This document shows positions 46,116 through 55,894 of a stretch of 61,232 nt of DNA, piece after piece. The stretch lies in NCBI GenBank assembly GCA_963169675.1, contig CAUJFJ010000063.1:1-61232 (forward strand), given 5' to 3'. Positions within the stretch are counted from its first letter, which is position 1; each line of letters opens with the position of its first letter. The translations under genes and the position numbers were made by a program. The notes beneath the pieces are model-generated. The model was not told the DNA's origin and did not search any database. It worked only from the letters and a program-made list of their open reading frames with translations. The stretch comes from Bacteroidota bacterium. GTDB taxonomy: Bacteria; Bacteroidota; Bacteroidia; AKYH767-A; OLB10.

Positions 46116-47396
46116 ATGGAAGGACAAAAAATAACAACTAGCAATGGAAAGCTAAATGTTCCCAATTACCCTATTGTTCCCTTTATTGAAGGTGACGGTA
46201 CCGGTGCTGATATCTGGGCTGCTTCAGTAAGAGTAATCGACGCTGCAGTTGAACGTGCTTACAATGGATCACGTAAAATTATCTGGAAAGAAGTTTTTGC
46301 AGGAGAAAAAGCTTTTAACAAAACCGGAAACTGGTTACCTGATGAAACACTTGATATTATCCGTGAGCATCTGATTGCCATCAAAGGCCCATTAACGACT
46401 CCGGTTGGAGGCGGAATCCGTTCATTGAATGTGGCGTTACGCCAAATTCTGGATCTTTATGTTTGTCTGCGACCAGTAAGATGGTTTGAAGGTGTTCCTT
46501 CACCTGTAAAACATCCTGAAAAAACCAACATGGTTATTTTCCGTGAAAATACAGAAGATATTTATGCGGGGATTGAATACATGGCCGGAACACCGGAAGC
46601 CCAAAAAGTAATTAAATTCCTTCAGGAAGAAATGAAGGTAAACAAAATTCGTTTCCCTGAAACCTCATCAATAGGTATTAAACCTGTTTCAAAAGAAGGA
46701 TCTGAGCGTTTAATACGTGCGGCATTGGAATATGCTTTGAAACATAAAAAACCATCGTTGACTTTAGTTCATAAAGGAAACATTATGAAATTCACTGAAG
46801 GTGGTTTCAAGAAATGGGGTTATGAATTAGCAGAAAGAGAATTTGGAAGTCAAACATTCACTTGGCAGCAGTACGACAAGATTGTTGAAGAAAAAGGAAA
46901 AGATGCAGCAGAAGCAGCAATGAAGGCTGCTGTTGACAGCGGAAAATTAATCGTGAAAGATTCTATTGCAGATGCATTTTTGCAACAAATCCTTTTGCGT
47001 CCCGATGAATATTCTGTGATTGCAACTTTAAACCTGAATGGTGATTATATTTCAGATGCACTTGCTGCTTGTGTTGGTGGTATTGGAATTGCACCAGGTG
47101 CAAATATCAATTACATGACCGGACATGCTATTTTTGAAGCAACTCACGGAACAGCTCCGAAATATGCAGGCCAGGACAAAGTGAATCCGGGATCTGTTAT
47201 TCTTTCCGGAGCAATGTTACTGGAGCATTTGGGATGGCTGGAAGCTGCTGATTTAATCTACAATGGTGTTGAAAAAGCTATTGCCGGTAAACGTGTTACT
47301 TACGATTTCCATCGTTTGATGGAGGGAGCTACCTTATTGAAATGCAGCGAGTTTGGCACGGAAATCATCCGCCAGATGGAACCAGTTTCTGCCTGA
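46116..47396 (+). CDS. icd: NADP-dependent isocitrate dehydrogenase (homodimeric type)
   Basis: 426 aa. Full-length similarity to E. coli-type Icd ([48 protein letters not shown]). Confidence 0.96.
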   Translation: MEGQKITTSNGKLNVPNYPIVPFIEGDGTGADIWAASVRVIDAAVERAYNGSRKIIWKEVFAGEKAFNKTGNWLPDETLDIIREHLIAIKGPLTTPVGGGIRSLNVALRQILDLYVCLRPVRWFEGVPSPVKHPEKTNMVIFRENTEDIYAGIEYMAGTPEAQKVIKFLQEEMKVNKIRFPETSSIGIKPVSKEGSERLIRAALEYALKHKKPSLTLVHKGNIMKFTEGGFKKWGYELAEREFGSQTFTWQQYDKIVEEKGKDAAEAAMKAAVDSGKLIVKDSIADAFLQQILLRPDEYSVIATLNLNGDYISDALAACVGGIGIAPGANINYMTGHAIFEATHGTAPKYAGQDKVNPGSVILSGAMLLEHLGWLEAADLIYNGVEKAIAGKRVTYDFHRLMEGATLLKCSEFGTEIIRQMEPVSA

Positions 47397-47457
47397 TTTT
47401 GAAAATACGGTAAATTGTTTTAAGTTTACCATAACATTGTGTAAACAAATTAAAGGT

Positions 47458-47495
47458 GCCTGATTGATTTTCATAGTCAATCAGGCAACTTTTCC
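47458..47495 (+). terminator. Rho-independent terminator after icd
   Basis: 10-bp perfect stem GCCTGATTGA / TCAATCAGGC (47458-47486), followed by AACTTTTCC. A second, weaker hairpin lies at 47409-47430. Confidence 0.7.
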
Positions 47496-47518
47496 ATTAA
47501 TTTATAGAACGAAGGAAT

Positions 47519-49060
47519 ATGCCTTTATTGGGAAGTATCATTAAGAAAGGTATTGCGCTGAGGCACAAAATCAGTTTTGAAAGATATACTCCTGAGCAAC
47601 ATCAGCGAAAAGTGCTGAGACAGTTGCTTCGTACTTCTCAATTTACTTTATTCGGACAGGCTTACAAATTTTCTAAAATAATTGCCAGTCCACAATTCGT
47701 TACCAAATTCCGGTTAACTGTTCCTGTACATGATTACAATTCCATTTTTTCGAAGTGGTGGAATAAAAGTTTGCATAATCAGGAAGATGTTTGCTGGCCC
47801 GGACAAGTCAAATATTTTGCTTTGAGTTCAGGAACCTCCGACTCATCTAGTAAACATATTCCTGTTACCCGTGACATGATTCGTTCGATACAAAAAGTGA
47901 GTATCCGGCAAATTTTATCACTTGCGAAATATGATTTGCCTGAATCACTATTTGAAAAAGGAATTCTGATGCTTGGCGGAAGTACCCATTTGCATCAGAA
48001 AGGAAGTTATTTCGAAGGAGATTTAAGTGGTATAACAGCCAGTAATATTCCGTTCTGGTTTCAACACTTCTACAAACCAGGAAGAAAAATTGCCAACGAA
48101 GTAGATTGGAATGCAAAGCTCAATGAGATCACAGAAAAGGCTCATGAGTGGGATATTGGAATTATTGTGGGTGTGCCTGCGTGGTCACAATTGCTTATTG
48201 AAAAAGTTATTGAGCGCTATAAACTAAAAACGATTCATGACATTTGGCCCAACCTCAGCATTTACGTGCATGGTGGTGTTTCCTTTGAACCTTACCGAAA
48301 AAGTTTTGAGGGATTACTCGAAAAGCCATTAATTTATATCGAAACCTATCTGGCCTCTGAAGGATTCATAGCATATCAGAATGAACCCGGAAACAGAAGT
48401 ATGAAACTGATCATTAACAATGGAATTTTCTTCGAATTCATTCCATTTAATGATACCTACTTCAACAGTGAAGGTGAAGTAGTGGGAAAACCCAAAACAC
48501 TAATGGTGCATGAGGTTGAAGAAGGACAGGATTATGCTATCATGCTTTCTACCAATGCCGGTGCCTGGCGTTATTTAATTGGGGATGTTGTTCGATTCAC
48601 TGACAAAGAAAAATGTCAGATTGTGATTGTAGGAAGAACCAAACATTATCTCAGTTTGTGCGGTGAACATTTGTCGGTTGACAACATGAATAAAGCCATT
48701 GAAATGGTAAGTGAAGAATTAAACATTCGCATTAATGAATTTACGGTGAGTGGCATTCCGTCGGGGAGTTTATTTGCGCATAAGTGGTATGTTGGTGTTG
48801 ACGATCCTTGTGAGGAGTCACAAATTACAGAAGCACTTGATGAGAAACTCAAAATATTAAACGACGATTATCGGGTAGAACGTTCATCGGCCTTGAATAA
48901 CATCATAGTAAAAGTAGTGCCTTCAACTGTTTTTCTGAATTGGATGAAAGTGCATAATAAAGTTGGAGCTCAGAATAAATTTCCCAGAGTGATGAAGAGC
49001 ACTCAATTTGCAAAATGGGAAGAATTTGTTGAAAAAGAATTGGCTGAAAACCAGGCATAA
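47519..49060 (+). CDS. GH3 (auxin-responsive promoter) family adenylate-forming enzyme homologue
   Basis: 513 aa. FALSSGTSDSSSKHIPVT (acyl-adenylate P-loop-like motif) and the overall layout typical of bacterial GH3-family proteins. Confidence 0.8.
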   Translation: MPLLGSIIKKGIALRHKISFERYTPEQHQRKVLRQLLRTSQFTLFGQAYKFSKIIASPQFVTKFRLTVPVHDYNSIFSKWWNKSLHNQEDVCWPGQVKYFALSSGTSDSSSKHIPVTRDMIRSIQKVSIRQILSLAKYDLPESLFEKGILMLGGSTHLHQKGSYFEGDLSGITASNIPFWFQHFYKPGRKIANEVDWNAKLNEITEKAHEWDIGIIVGVPAWSQLLIEKVIERYKLKTIHDIWPNLSIYVHGGVSFEPYRKSFEGLLEKPLIYIETYLASEGFIAYQNEPGNRSMKLIINNGIFFEFIPFNDTYFNSEGEVVGKPKTLMVHEVEEGQDYAIMLSTNAGAWRYLIGDVVRFTDKEKCQIVIVGRTKHYLSLCGEHLSVDNMNKAIEMVSEELNIRINEFTVSGIPSGSLFAHKWYVGVDDPCEESQITEALDEKLKILNDDYRVERSSALNNIIVKVVPSTVFLNWMKVHNKVGAQNKFPRVMKSTQFAKWEEFVEKELAENQA

Positions 49061-49142
49061 AATAGTTTAACTTCAAGTTACGCGTTCAACTTTTTTATAT
49101 GAATACAAATCTATTTTCAAACAAATTTGTTACACTTGAATC

Positions 49143-49772
49143 ATGCTTGAACCTATAATAAGCGGACTGTTATTAGGTGGTGTACTGGCCCTTTTGGTCG
49201 GTCCGGTATTTTTCATGATTATCAATACCAGCATCAAAAAAGGAGTGCTTCCGGCATCCATGCTTGCAGTTGGGGTTTTGCTCAGTGATGCATTCTTTGC
49301 TGCATTGACATTCTTTGGGAGTTCATTTATTTTTTATCTGAAAGAATATGATTTTATTATTGGAATTTCCGGTGGTTTGCTGATCCTTGCCTTTGGAATA
49401 TTTACTTTCTTTAAAGAAGCTACGGTAAATGCCGGAGCATTAGAAGTAATTGATGATTCCAAAACCCGAATCATTGATATTCTGAAAGGATTTACGATGA
49501 ACACCCTGAACCCTTCTGCCCTGCTGTTTTGGCTCGGTGTAGCGGGCGCTGTAACAGTTAAAGAGCATTATACCGGCTATAATGCATTGTTATTTTATTC
49601 GAGTACGTTAGGAATGGTTTTTGGCACCGACTTGCTGAAAGCCTGGGTTGCTGCAAGACTGAAAGGAATTATTACAGCTAATTTTCTGGTTTGGATGAAT
49701 CGAATTTCAGGACTTGCCTTGAGTATTTATGGAATTATTATGATTGTAAAAATTTTCACAGGTACATTTTGA
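49143..49772 (+). CDS. LysE/RhtB family amino-acid exporter
   Basis: 209 aa, six predicted TM helices. An N-terminal GPVFF motif and the size are typical of LysE-type translocators. Confidence 0.75.
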   Translation: MLEPIISGLLLGGVLALLVGPVFFMIINTSIKKGVLPASMLAVGVLLSDAFFAALTFFGSSFIFYLKEYDFIIGISGGLLILAFGIFTFFKEATVNAGALEVIDDSKTRIIDILKGFTMNTLNPSALLFWLGVAGAVTVKEHYTGYNALLFYSSTLGMVFGTDLLKAWVAARLKGIITANFLVWMNRISGLALSIYGIIMIVKIFTGTF

Positions 49773-49777
49773 TTGCA

Positions 49778-49785
49778 TATCTTTG
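49778..49785 (+). promoter_or_regulatory. -7 promoter box TATCTTTG for tRNA-Val
   Basis: Perfect TAnnTTTG 10 nt upstream of the mature tRNA 5' end. Confidence 0.6.
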
Positions 49786-49795
49786 CAGCACCTCA

Positions 49796-49870
49796 GGGAT
49801 GTTAGCTCAGTTGGTTCAGAGCACTGCCTCGACAAGGCAGGGGTCACTGGTTCGAGTCCAGTACATCCCA
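49796..49870 (+). tRNA. tRNA-Val (anticodon GAC) with unusual anticodon loop UCGACAA
   Basis: Cloverleaf: acceptor GGGATGT/ACATCCC, D-arm GCTC/GAGC, anticodon stem CTGCC/GGCAG, loop TCGACAA, T-arm ACTGG-TTCGAGT-CCAGT, discriminator A. CCA is not encoded. Confidence 0.85.
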
Positions 49871-49883
49871 CAATAATGTTCAA

Positions 49884-50423
49884 TCAAATTTTCTTCCCTT
49901 TAACTACTTTTTGATCAGTTTTAAATTTCTGCAAACTTTTTACTCTTAGCGTTAAAAACAAATCCTTGCTTCCTGAATTAGACATGTACATTTGTTCTCC
50001 ATAATTCATTTTTCCTTTTCCTCCTACCCACTCTGTAGCCAAAAGTGTATAATAGCCATCCCTGTTATTGATACTTCCAAAAACCAGGTATTTATTTACG
50101 CCATCTTCAAAACTAACCTTCACTCTGTTACCATCCACAACCTCCTCAATCAAACAAGGTGTACCGGCTTTAATAACAATCTCTTCCAGCAACCCATCTT
50201 TGAGCAGTTTTAATTCACCATTTTCTGTTTCCTTACTATTTTTATTCTCTCCTCTTCTTAAGACAAGGTCATTAGATGTATAAAACTGAATGCTTTTCAG
50301 TTCTTCCGGTTTTAATTCATACTTTTCTCTAAGTTGCTGTGTAAATGGAACACGGGCGGGGGCACATGCCTGAAAAGTTATAAATAGCACTATAAGCCCA
50401 AGATAAGAGGTAATTGATTTCAT
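49884..50423 (-). CDS. Lipoprotein of unknown function
   Basis: 179 aa. Lipobox ITFQAC, then a beta-rich sequence. No motif I recognise. Confidence 0.55.
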   Translation of the reverse strand: MKSITSYLGLIVLFITFQACAPARVPFTQQLREKYELKPEELKSIQFYTSNDLVLRRGENKNSKETENGELKLLKDGLLEEIVIKAGTPCLIEEVVDGNRVKVSFEDGVNKYLVFGSINNRDGYYTLLATEWVGGKGKMNYGEQMYMSNSGSKDLFLTLRVKSLQKFKTDQKVVKGKKI

Positions 50424-50552
50424 AATATTTGGATTGGTTTTGCGGTTTATTCAATAATTGTTCCAAAATTTAAAAAACTACTGATTTCTCCAAAAAAAGC
50501 AACTTTCATAACTTTTATTACCTTGCAGGCTGCTTAAATCTTCAAAACAGTG

Positions 50553-51095
50553 ATGAGACCACTTTATAAATTGTTGTTTAAACTATTTGGCTGGAAAGTC
50601 AATGGAGCCATTCCCGTGTCACTGAAGCAGTATGTAATGATCGTTGCGCCACATACCAGCAACTGGGATTTTTTTGTGGGTTTGGCAGCAAGAAGTATCC
50701 TGGAAATTGACACGAAATATGTGGCTAAAAAAGAGTTGTTTCGGTTTCCTTTTGGTTGGATATTCAGATCATTGGGAGGATTTCCGGTTGACCGTTCCAA
50801 AAACAATAATTTTGTAGATGCCGTTGCTGATTTATTCAATGAACACGATCGGTTTTCAATCTGTATTACTCCGGAAGGTACCCGCAGCTATGCACCAAAA
50901 TGGAAAACCGGATTTTACTATATTGCTCAAAAAGCAAACATCCCTGTGGTGATGGTGGCCTTTGATTATGGCAGAAAGGAAGTCAAAGTTGAAGCACCTT
51001 ACTATTTGACCGGGGATATGGATAAAGACATTGAATTTATGTTGGCGTACTACAGAAATGTAAAAGGTAAATTTCCTGAGAAAGGAATCCGTTAA
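50553..51095 (+). CDS. 1-acyl-sn-glycerol-3-phosphate acyltransferase-like (PlsC family)
   Basis: About 180 aa. Acyltransferase HxxxxD motif (HTSNWD) and a TPEGTRS block. I prefer ATG 50553 over the adjacent GTG at 50550. Confidence 0.75.
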   Translation: MRPLYKLLFKLFGWKVNGAIPVSLKQYVMIVAPHTSNWDFFVGLAARSILEIDTKYVAKKELFRFPFGWIFRSLGGFPVDRSKNNNFVDAVADLFNEHDRFSICITPEGTRSYAPKWKTGFYYIAQKANIPVVMVAFDYGRKEVKVEAPYYLTGDMDKDIEFMLAYYRNVKGKFPEKGIR

Positions 51096-52526
51096 TCAGC
51101 CTTCAAAAAATTCGTCTTTAAAATTTACCAGATATACTTTTTCAGTGGCACGTGTAACAGCTGTATAAAGCCATCTTAAAAATGCAAGATCAACTTTTTC
51201 TTCAGTAATAAAACCCTGATCAACGAAGACTTTTTTCCACTGACCACCTTGTGCTTTGTGGCACGTAACTGCATATGCAAACTTAACCTGTAATGCCTGG
51301 TAATATTCGCTTTTGGCTATCAATGCATGCTTTGCAGTTTTGGTATCGGCTTCGGGATGTGCTTCCAGAATTTTTTTGTAAAAATCATTCGATTGCTCAC
51401 GGGTAAGCGCAGGGGCTTCGGTGTACAAACTATCAAGAATCACCTTCAATTCTATGGCAGGATGTTCAGGATAATCGACCAGCAATGCAGCAATATTAGC
51501 GAACCTAAATCCGTAGCATTCTTCAAAGCCAATTACTCTTGTTATTCTTAGTAAGTCCCCGTTTGCAATAAAACCAACCGGTGAATCTTTCTCAAGCCAG
51601 AAATAATTATTTTTAACTCCCATCAAATAATCGCCGGCAGCAATTTCGTCCTCCATCCACAAGCTTCCAAACCTGATTTGACGATTATAATTATTCGCCG
51701 AACGATTTGAACGGCAAACAACCACTACTTCTTCTGCACCTGATTCATTGTAAGCATCGGATAATTTATCTCCTAATTCAGAACCTGTCACCCGCTCAAA
51801 ATCGGGGAAACCATCGCGAAAAGCCGGGAATTTTCCATTTTCACGAATTTGCTCGCGAAGGTTGGTGGCGTTAAATAATATCCCGGATTCTTTTTCCTGA
51901 CGTACAACCTCAGTCAGTTCAAAATGTCCTGCCCGCAACCCATAATACCCTGCAAGTAGCTTAATATCGAGGGCCGGACTTTTTTCCATGCCAACCGGAG
52001 GTAGCTGAGCATTATCACCTACCAGCAACATCCTGCAATTAATTCCTGCCTTTACATAATCAATAAGATCCTGTAGCAAATTCTGAGTATTGCCATTCGC
52101 ATCAGGACCGTTGCTGTTGTCAGGAATCATGGAAGCCTCATCCACAATAAAAAGTGTATTCGCATGCTGATTGGGTGCCAGGGAATAGGAATACCAGTTC
52201 CCGTCGTTTCGTTTGGGACGATAAATTTTCCGGTGAATGGTAAAAGCTATCTTACCAGAATAAGTCGACATTACCTTCGCAGCCCGTCCGGTTGGAGCTA
52301 AAAGACTGACTTTCACCCCAATAGAAGGAAGCGTTCGGACCAAAGCACTGATAATGGTCGTTTTACCCGTTCCAGCATAACCTTTTAACAAATAAGTATC
52401 ACCAGAAGTACTTTTCTCCACAAAATTGGAAATTCGCTTCAGTGCCTCCTCTTGTCCCCTGGTTGGTTGATGAGCAAATGCTTTGACAAGCAATGAAAAA
52501 AGCCGGCTGGCTATAGTTTCGTTCAT
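51096..52526 (-). CDS. RecD/Pif1-like SF1B DNA helicase
   Basis: 476 aa. Walker A GYAGTGKTT, LLAPTGRAAK, Walker B LFIVDEASM, VGDNAQLPPV, and C-terminal YAVTCHKAQGGQW typical of RecD-like helicases. Confidence 0.8.
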   Translation of the reverse strand: MNETIASRLFSLLVKAFAHQPTRGQEEALKRISNFVEKSTSGDTYLLKGYAGTGKTTIISALVRTLPSIGVKVSLLAPTGRAAKVMSTYSGKIAFTIHRKIYRPKRNDGNWYSYSLAPNQHANTLFIVDEASMIPDNSNGPDANGNTQNLLQDLIDYVKAGINCRMLLVGDNAQLPPVGMEKSPALDIKLLAGYYGLRAGHFELTEVVRQEKESGILFNATNLREQIRENGKFPAFRDGFPDFERVTGSELGDKLSDAYNESGAEEVVVVCRSNRSANNYNRQIRFGSLWMEDEIAAGDYLMGVKNNYFWLEKDSPVGFIANGDLLRITRVIGFEECYGFRFANIAALLVDYPEHPAIELKVILDSLYTEAPALTREQSNDFYKKILEAHPEADTKTAKHALIAKSEYYQALQVKFAYAVTCHKAQGGQWKKVFVDQGFITEEKVDLAFLRWLYTAVTRATEKVYLVNFKDEFFEG

Positions 52527-52594
52527 AGGGTGTCAAATTAGTGTTAAATTCGGTAAAGACATTGCTGATAAATCTATTTTTTGATAAAAAATTG

Positions 52595-52602
52595 TAGATT
52601 TG
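52595..52602 (+). promoter_or_regulatory. -7 promoter box TAGATTTG for the 52630-55019 gene string
   Basis: TAnnTTTG consensus 27 nt upstream of ATG 52630. It overlaps the tracked TTG start at 52600, which argues against that start. Confidence 0.5.
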
Positions 52603-52629
52603 CCCGACAGATATCATATCCAACCTTAT

Positions 52630-53151
52630 ATGAAACCAATTAACATTGCCTTAACTGTAGTCATTATTGTACTTAGTTATTTGATTTTCAGGAGTATAAA
52701 CAAACCAATCCAATTCAATAAAGAGAAAGAATACCGTTATAGTCAGGTAATTCAGCGTCTCAAAGACATCCGTACGGCTCAATTGGCATACAAATCGGTC
52801 AATGGTGCTTACACAGGAAATTTTGACTCATTAATTGAATTTGTAAAAAGCGGTCAGTTCCCATTGATTAAGCAAATTGGTAATGTGGAAGATTCTACAG
52901 CAGTAATTGTTCGTGATACTATTCTGGTATCAGTGCGTGACTCTATATTTCCTCCGAATTTTCCTATAGATTCCTTGCCATTTGTTCCTTTTGGTGAGGG
53001 AGCTAAATTCAAAATGCAGGCTGGAGAAATTGAAAAAGGCAAGGTGAAAGTTAAAGTTTTCGAAGCTGAAGATACAGCTCCTTTCGACAAAACTGAGGTC
53101 CTTAAAGTTGGATCCATGACTGAACCTTCGAATGCAGGTAACTGGGAATAA
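52630..53151 (+). CDS. Membrane-anchored protein of unknown function (pilin-like N-terminal helix)
   Basis: 173 aa. N-terminal TM INIALTVVIIVLSYLIF followed by RLKDIRTAQLAYKSVNGAYTGNFDSLIEFV, reminiscent of pseudopilin N-terminal helices. There is no prepilin cleavage motif. Confidence 0.5.
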   Translation: MKPINIALTVVIIVLSYLIFRSINKPIQFNKEKEYRYSQVIQRLKDIRTAQLAYKSVNGAYTGNFDSLIEFVKSGQFPLIKQIGNVEDSTAVIVRDTILVSVRDSIFPPNFPIDSLPFVPFGEGAKFKMQAGEIEKGKVKVKVFEAEDTAPFDKTEVLKVGSMTEPSNAGNWE

Positions 53152-54010
53152 AAGCATCTTAAAACATGCAATTTTAAATGAATCTTTTGATGGCTTAAAG
53201 CCTGAAGGATATGACCTGTTTATATATATAGGCCCGGAATCATTTTCATGTCTGGTAGCTGATCGTTTGCGGAAAGAATTTATCGCTCTGGAATCGTGGA
53301 GCCTTGTTGAAAGTGATTTGGGAGATATTTCTGAAACATTAAAATCTATCAGGAACACATCATCCATTATTCAAAACAGTCGTTTCCGGAGGGTAATTTG
53401 TTGCAGTGGTTTTCGTGCAGCTGCACTTGTACCAAATGCTTTATTTGAACCATCATCGGCGATGGAACAATTACAATTTCTGATTCCGGTTGGATCAGAA
53501 AATGAAATTCTGTCGGATGAAATGCGGCAGCTGGAAGCAAGACATTTATTTGCCATTCCAACGGACATTTATGAATTAATCACATCGTGGTTTCCAACAG
53601 TGGAATTTCATCATACAGGAACAGCAATGATTGAATATTTGCTTTCCAAATATAAAAATCACCATGAGCCGTTGCTTCATATCAATGCCGGTGAACGTAT
53701 GGCAGAAATCATAGTGAATAAGGGTAAGAATCTGTTGTTCTATAACAGCTTTGAAGTGCATACTCCGGAAGAATTCGTATATTACATTCTGTTTGTATGT
53801 GAGCAACTCCATTTAAATCCGGAAACATTGAAGGCAACATTCTCAGGAAGCATTGATACTTCAGATGCCACTTATGTGCTATCGTCGAAGTACATCAGGC
53901 ATATTGAATTAGTCGATCGACCTGACAACTATTCCTATTCTGAAGAATTCGATCAAATTCCGCATCATCAGTACTTTCATATTTTTAGTCAGCTGGTGTG
54001 CGCATCATAA
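53132..54010 (+). CDS. DUF3822 family protein
   Basis: 292 aa. Its position directly upstream of rsmD-coaD and the YDLFIYIGPESFSCLV block fit the Bacteroidota DUF3822 family. The ATG overlaps the previous gene by 20 nt, so the start is uncertain. Confidence 0.55.
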   Translation: MQVTGNKSILKHAILNESFDGLKPEGYDLFIYIGPESFSCLVADRLRKEFIALESWSLVESDLGDISETLKSIRNTSSIIQNSRFRRVICCSGFRAAALVPNALFEPSSAMEQLQFLIPVGSENEILSDEMRQLEARHLFAIPTDIYELITSWFPTVEFHHTGTAMIEYLLSKYKNHHEPLLHINAGERMAEIIVNKGKNLLFYNSFEVHTPEEFVYYILFVCEQLHLNPETLKATFSGSIDTSDATYVLSSKYIRHIELVDRPDNYSYSEEFDQIPHHQYFHIFSQLVCAS

Positions 54011-54540
54011 GCGGGAAATACAAAGGGAGGGTTTTACATCCACCTGCAAACTTACCGGTTCGGCCAACAACTGATTTTGCTAAAACCGGACTATTTAATA
54101 TTTTAGAAAATCAGATTGAATTTGAAAATCTGAATTGTCTCGATCTATTTTCAGGGACAGGAAGTATTAGTATGGAGCTTATTTCCCGGGGTGCGAAGTC
54201 TGTCACCTCTGTTGATCGTGATTATGGTTGTACCGCCTTTCAAAAAGAAACTACCCGTTTATTAGGAATTCATAATCTCAGAATTATCAGAACGGATGTA
54301 TTAACATTTATCAAAAAAAAACACGAGCCTTTTGATCTGATCTTTGCTGATCCACCTTTCGATTTAAATATTCATGAGTCGCTGACCCATTCGCTTGTTG
54401 AAGGCAATTTACTCGCCACAGGTGGCATGTTCATTCTGGAACACAATGCAAAACAAGATTGGAGCACGCTTCCGGGATTTCAGTCGAATCGTACCTATGG
54501 AAATGTAGCATTCAGTTTTTTTACTAAATTAGAGCCTTAA
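53998..54540 (+). CDS. rsmD: 16S rRNA (guanine966-N2)-methyltransferase RsmD
   Basis: 180 aa beginning (GTG) RIISGKYKGR. SAM motif LDLFSGTGS and catalytic FADPPF. Overlaps the previous gene by 13 nt. Confidence 0.88.
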   Translation: MRIISGKYKGRVLHPPANLPVRPTTDFAKTGLFNILENQIEFENLNCLDLFSGTGSISMELISRGAKSVTSVDRDYGCTAFQKETTRLLGIHNLRIIRTDVLTFIKKKHEPFDLIFADPPFDLNIHESLTHSLVEGNLLATGGMFILEHNAKQDWSTLPGFQSNRTYGNVAFSFFTKLEP

Positions 54541-54560
54541 ATCACAGACAAACACTTGCT

Positions 54561-55019
54561 ATGGAAAAAATTGCAGTATTCCCTGGGTCGTTTGATCCAA
54601 TTACAGTAGGTCATGTTGATATTATCAAACGGGGACTTAAAATTTTTGACCGCATCATAGTTGGCATCGGCAGTAATGCAGAGAAAAAATACATGTTCGA
54701 TTTGCAAAAGCGAGAAGCATGGGTTCAACAAACCTTTGCATCTGAATCGCGCATCAGTGTTGTTACTTACCAGGGATTAACAGTAGATTTTTGTAAGAAA
54801 GTAAATGCAGGCTTTATATTACGTGGATTGCGAAACAGTCCCGATTTTGAATTTGAAAAAGCAATTGCACATATGAATGGAGCTATTTCAAACGGACTCG
54901 AGACAACATTTATATTAACTGATTTACGGTTTGCAGCAGTTTCTTCATCTATTGTGAGAGATATTATCAGAAACGGCGGAGATGTATCTGCTTTTATTCC
55001 TGAGACCGTAAAACTTTAG
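54561..55019 (+). CDS. coaD: Pantetheine-phosphate adenylyltransferase
   Basis: 152 aa. FPGSFDPITVGHVDII (T/HxGH nucleotidyltransferase motif) and SSSIVRDI. Confidence 0.95.
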   Translation: MEKIAVFPGSFDPITVGHVDIIKRGLKIFDRIIVGIGSNAEKKYMFDLQKREAWVQQTFASESRISVVTYQGLTVDFCKKVNAGFILRGLRNSPDFEFEKAIAHMNGAISNGLETTFILTDLRFAAVSSSIVRDIIRNGGDVSAFIPETVKL

Positions 55020-55022
55020 ATT

Positions 55023-55880
55023 TCATTCTGGCATTTTGCCTCCATTGAAAAAATAATCGGCCAAACCACTAACCGGCTTCTGAATTATTTTACCAGTTTC
55101 AACATTGCACTCTCCGGCAACTTGCTTCAACACATCGCTGAAATAATGTGCGATGGAACCAACAAAATGTATAGGAACAATTTTGCTTTCCGGATAACTC
55201 AATACATTTGTTTCAAAAAATTCTTTCATACCTGTATAAACTAACTTCTGAATGTAAAGATGTTGTTGGTGGTCGGAAAGGAATTTCGCAAATGATGCAA
55301 GAAACACATTTGGGTTTGGTTCCTTATACACTTTCGAAATTATGGCCTCTTTATCGAGTTGATAGCATTCTGAAAAAGCAGCATGTAAATCGGCCGGCAT
55401 GATTTTATATAGAAAGTGTGAGAGTAACTTTTTACCATAATAACTTCCGCTTCCTTCATCACCAATTACATATCCTAAACCATGTCGGGTTTCACTGATG
55501 TTTGTTCCATTAAAATAACAAATATTAGAACCGGTTCCAAGAATTGCTGCGACACCTGGTTTACCATCGCAAACCGCAAGAGCACATCCCAACATATCAT
55601 GTTCAACAATCACATTTGCATTGACAAAAAATTTCTTTAATCCGTTTTTAATAATTTCATTTCGTTCTGGACTCGAACATCCTGCACCAAAGAAATATAC
55701 AGCATCAACATTATTTTTTATTGCAGATAAACCTGTGTTTCCGGTTAACTCTTCCAGGATAAATTTTTCATCATGAAAGAAAGGATTAAATCCTTTTGTA
55801 TTAAACTCACCTGATACTTTTCCTGCATCACCTGCAATCCAGTCGGCTTTAGTTGAACCACTATCTGAAACTAAAATCAT
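55023..55880 (-). CDS. BadF/BadG/BcrA/BcrD-type ATPase (N-acetylglucosamine kinase-like)
   Basis: 285 aa. ASKHA-fold phosphate motifs ILVSDSGSTKADW and AILGTGSN, plus GDEGSGSY. Confidence 0.75.
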   Translation of the reverse strand: MILVSDSGSTKADWIAGDAGKVSGEFNTKGFNPFFHDEKFILEELTGNTGLSAIKNNVDAVYFFGAGCSSPERNEIIKNGLKKFFVNANVIVEHDMLGCALAVCDGKPGVAAILGTGSNICYFNGTNISETRHGLGYVIGDEGSGSYYGKKLLSHFLYKIMPADLHAAFSECYQLDKEAIISKVYKEPNPNVFLASFAKFLSDHQQHLYIQKLVYTGMKEFFETNVLSYPESKIVPIHFVGSIAHYFSDVLKQVAGECNVETGKIIQKPVSGLADYFFNGGKMPE

Positions 55881-55894
55881 AAATTATAAATTAT

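Noticed and set aside
49691-49876. 61-aa ORF overlapping the end of the LysE gene and all of tRNA-Val
   Set aside because: It reads straight through a canonical tRNA cloverleaf, so it is not coding.
52854-53367. 105-aa and 145-aa minus-strand ORFs spanning the 173-aa / DUF3822 junction
   Set aside because: They are antisense to two plus-strand genes that form a tight overlapping string with rsmD and coaD. They have no start-proximal promoter box.
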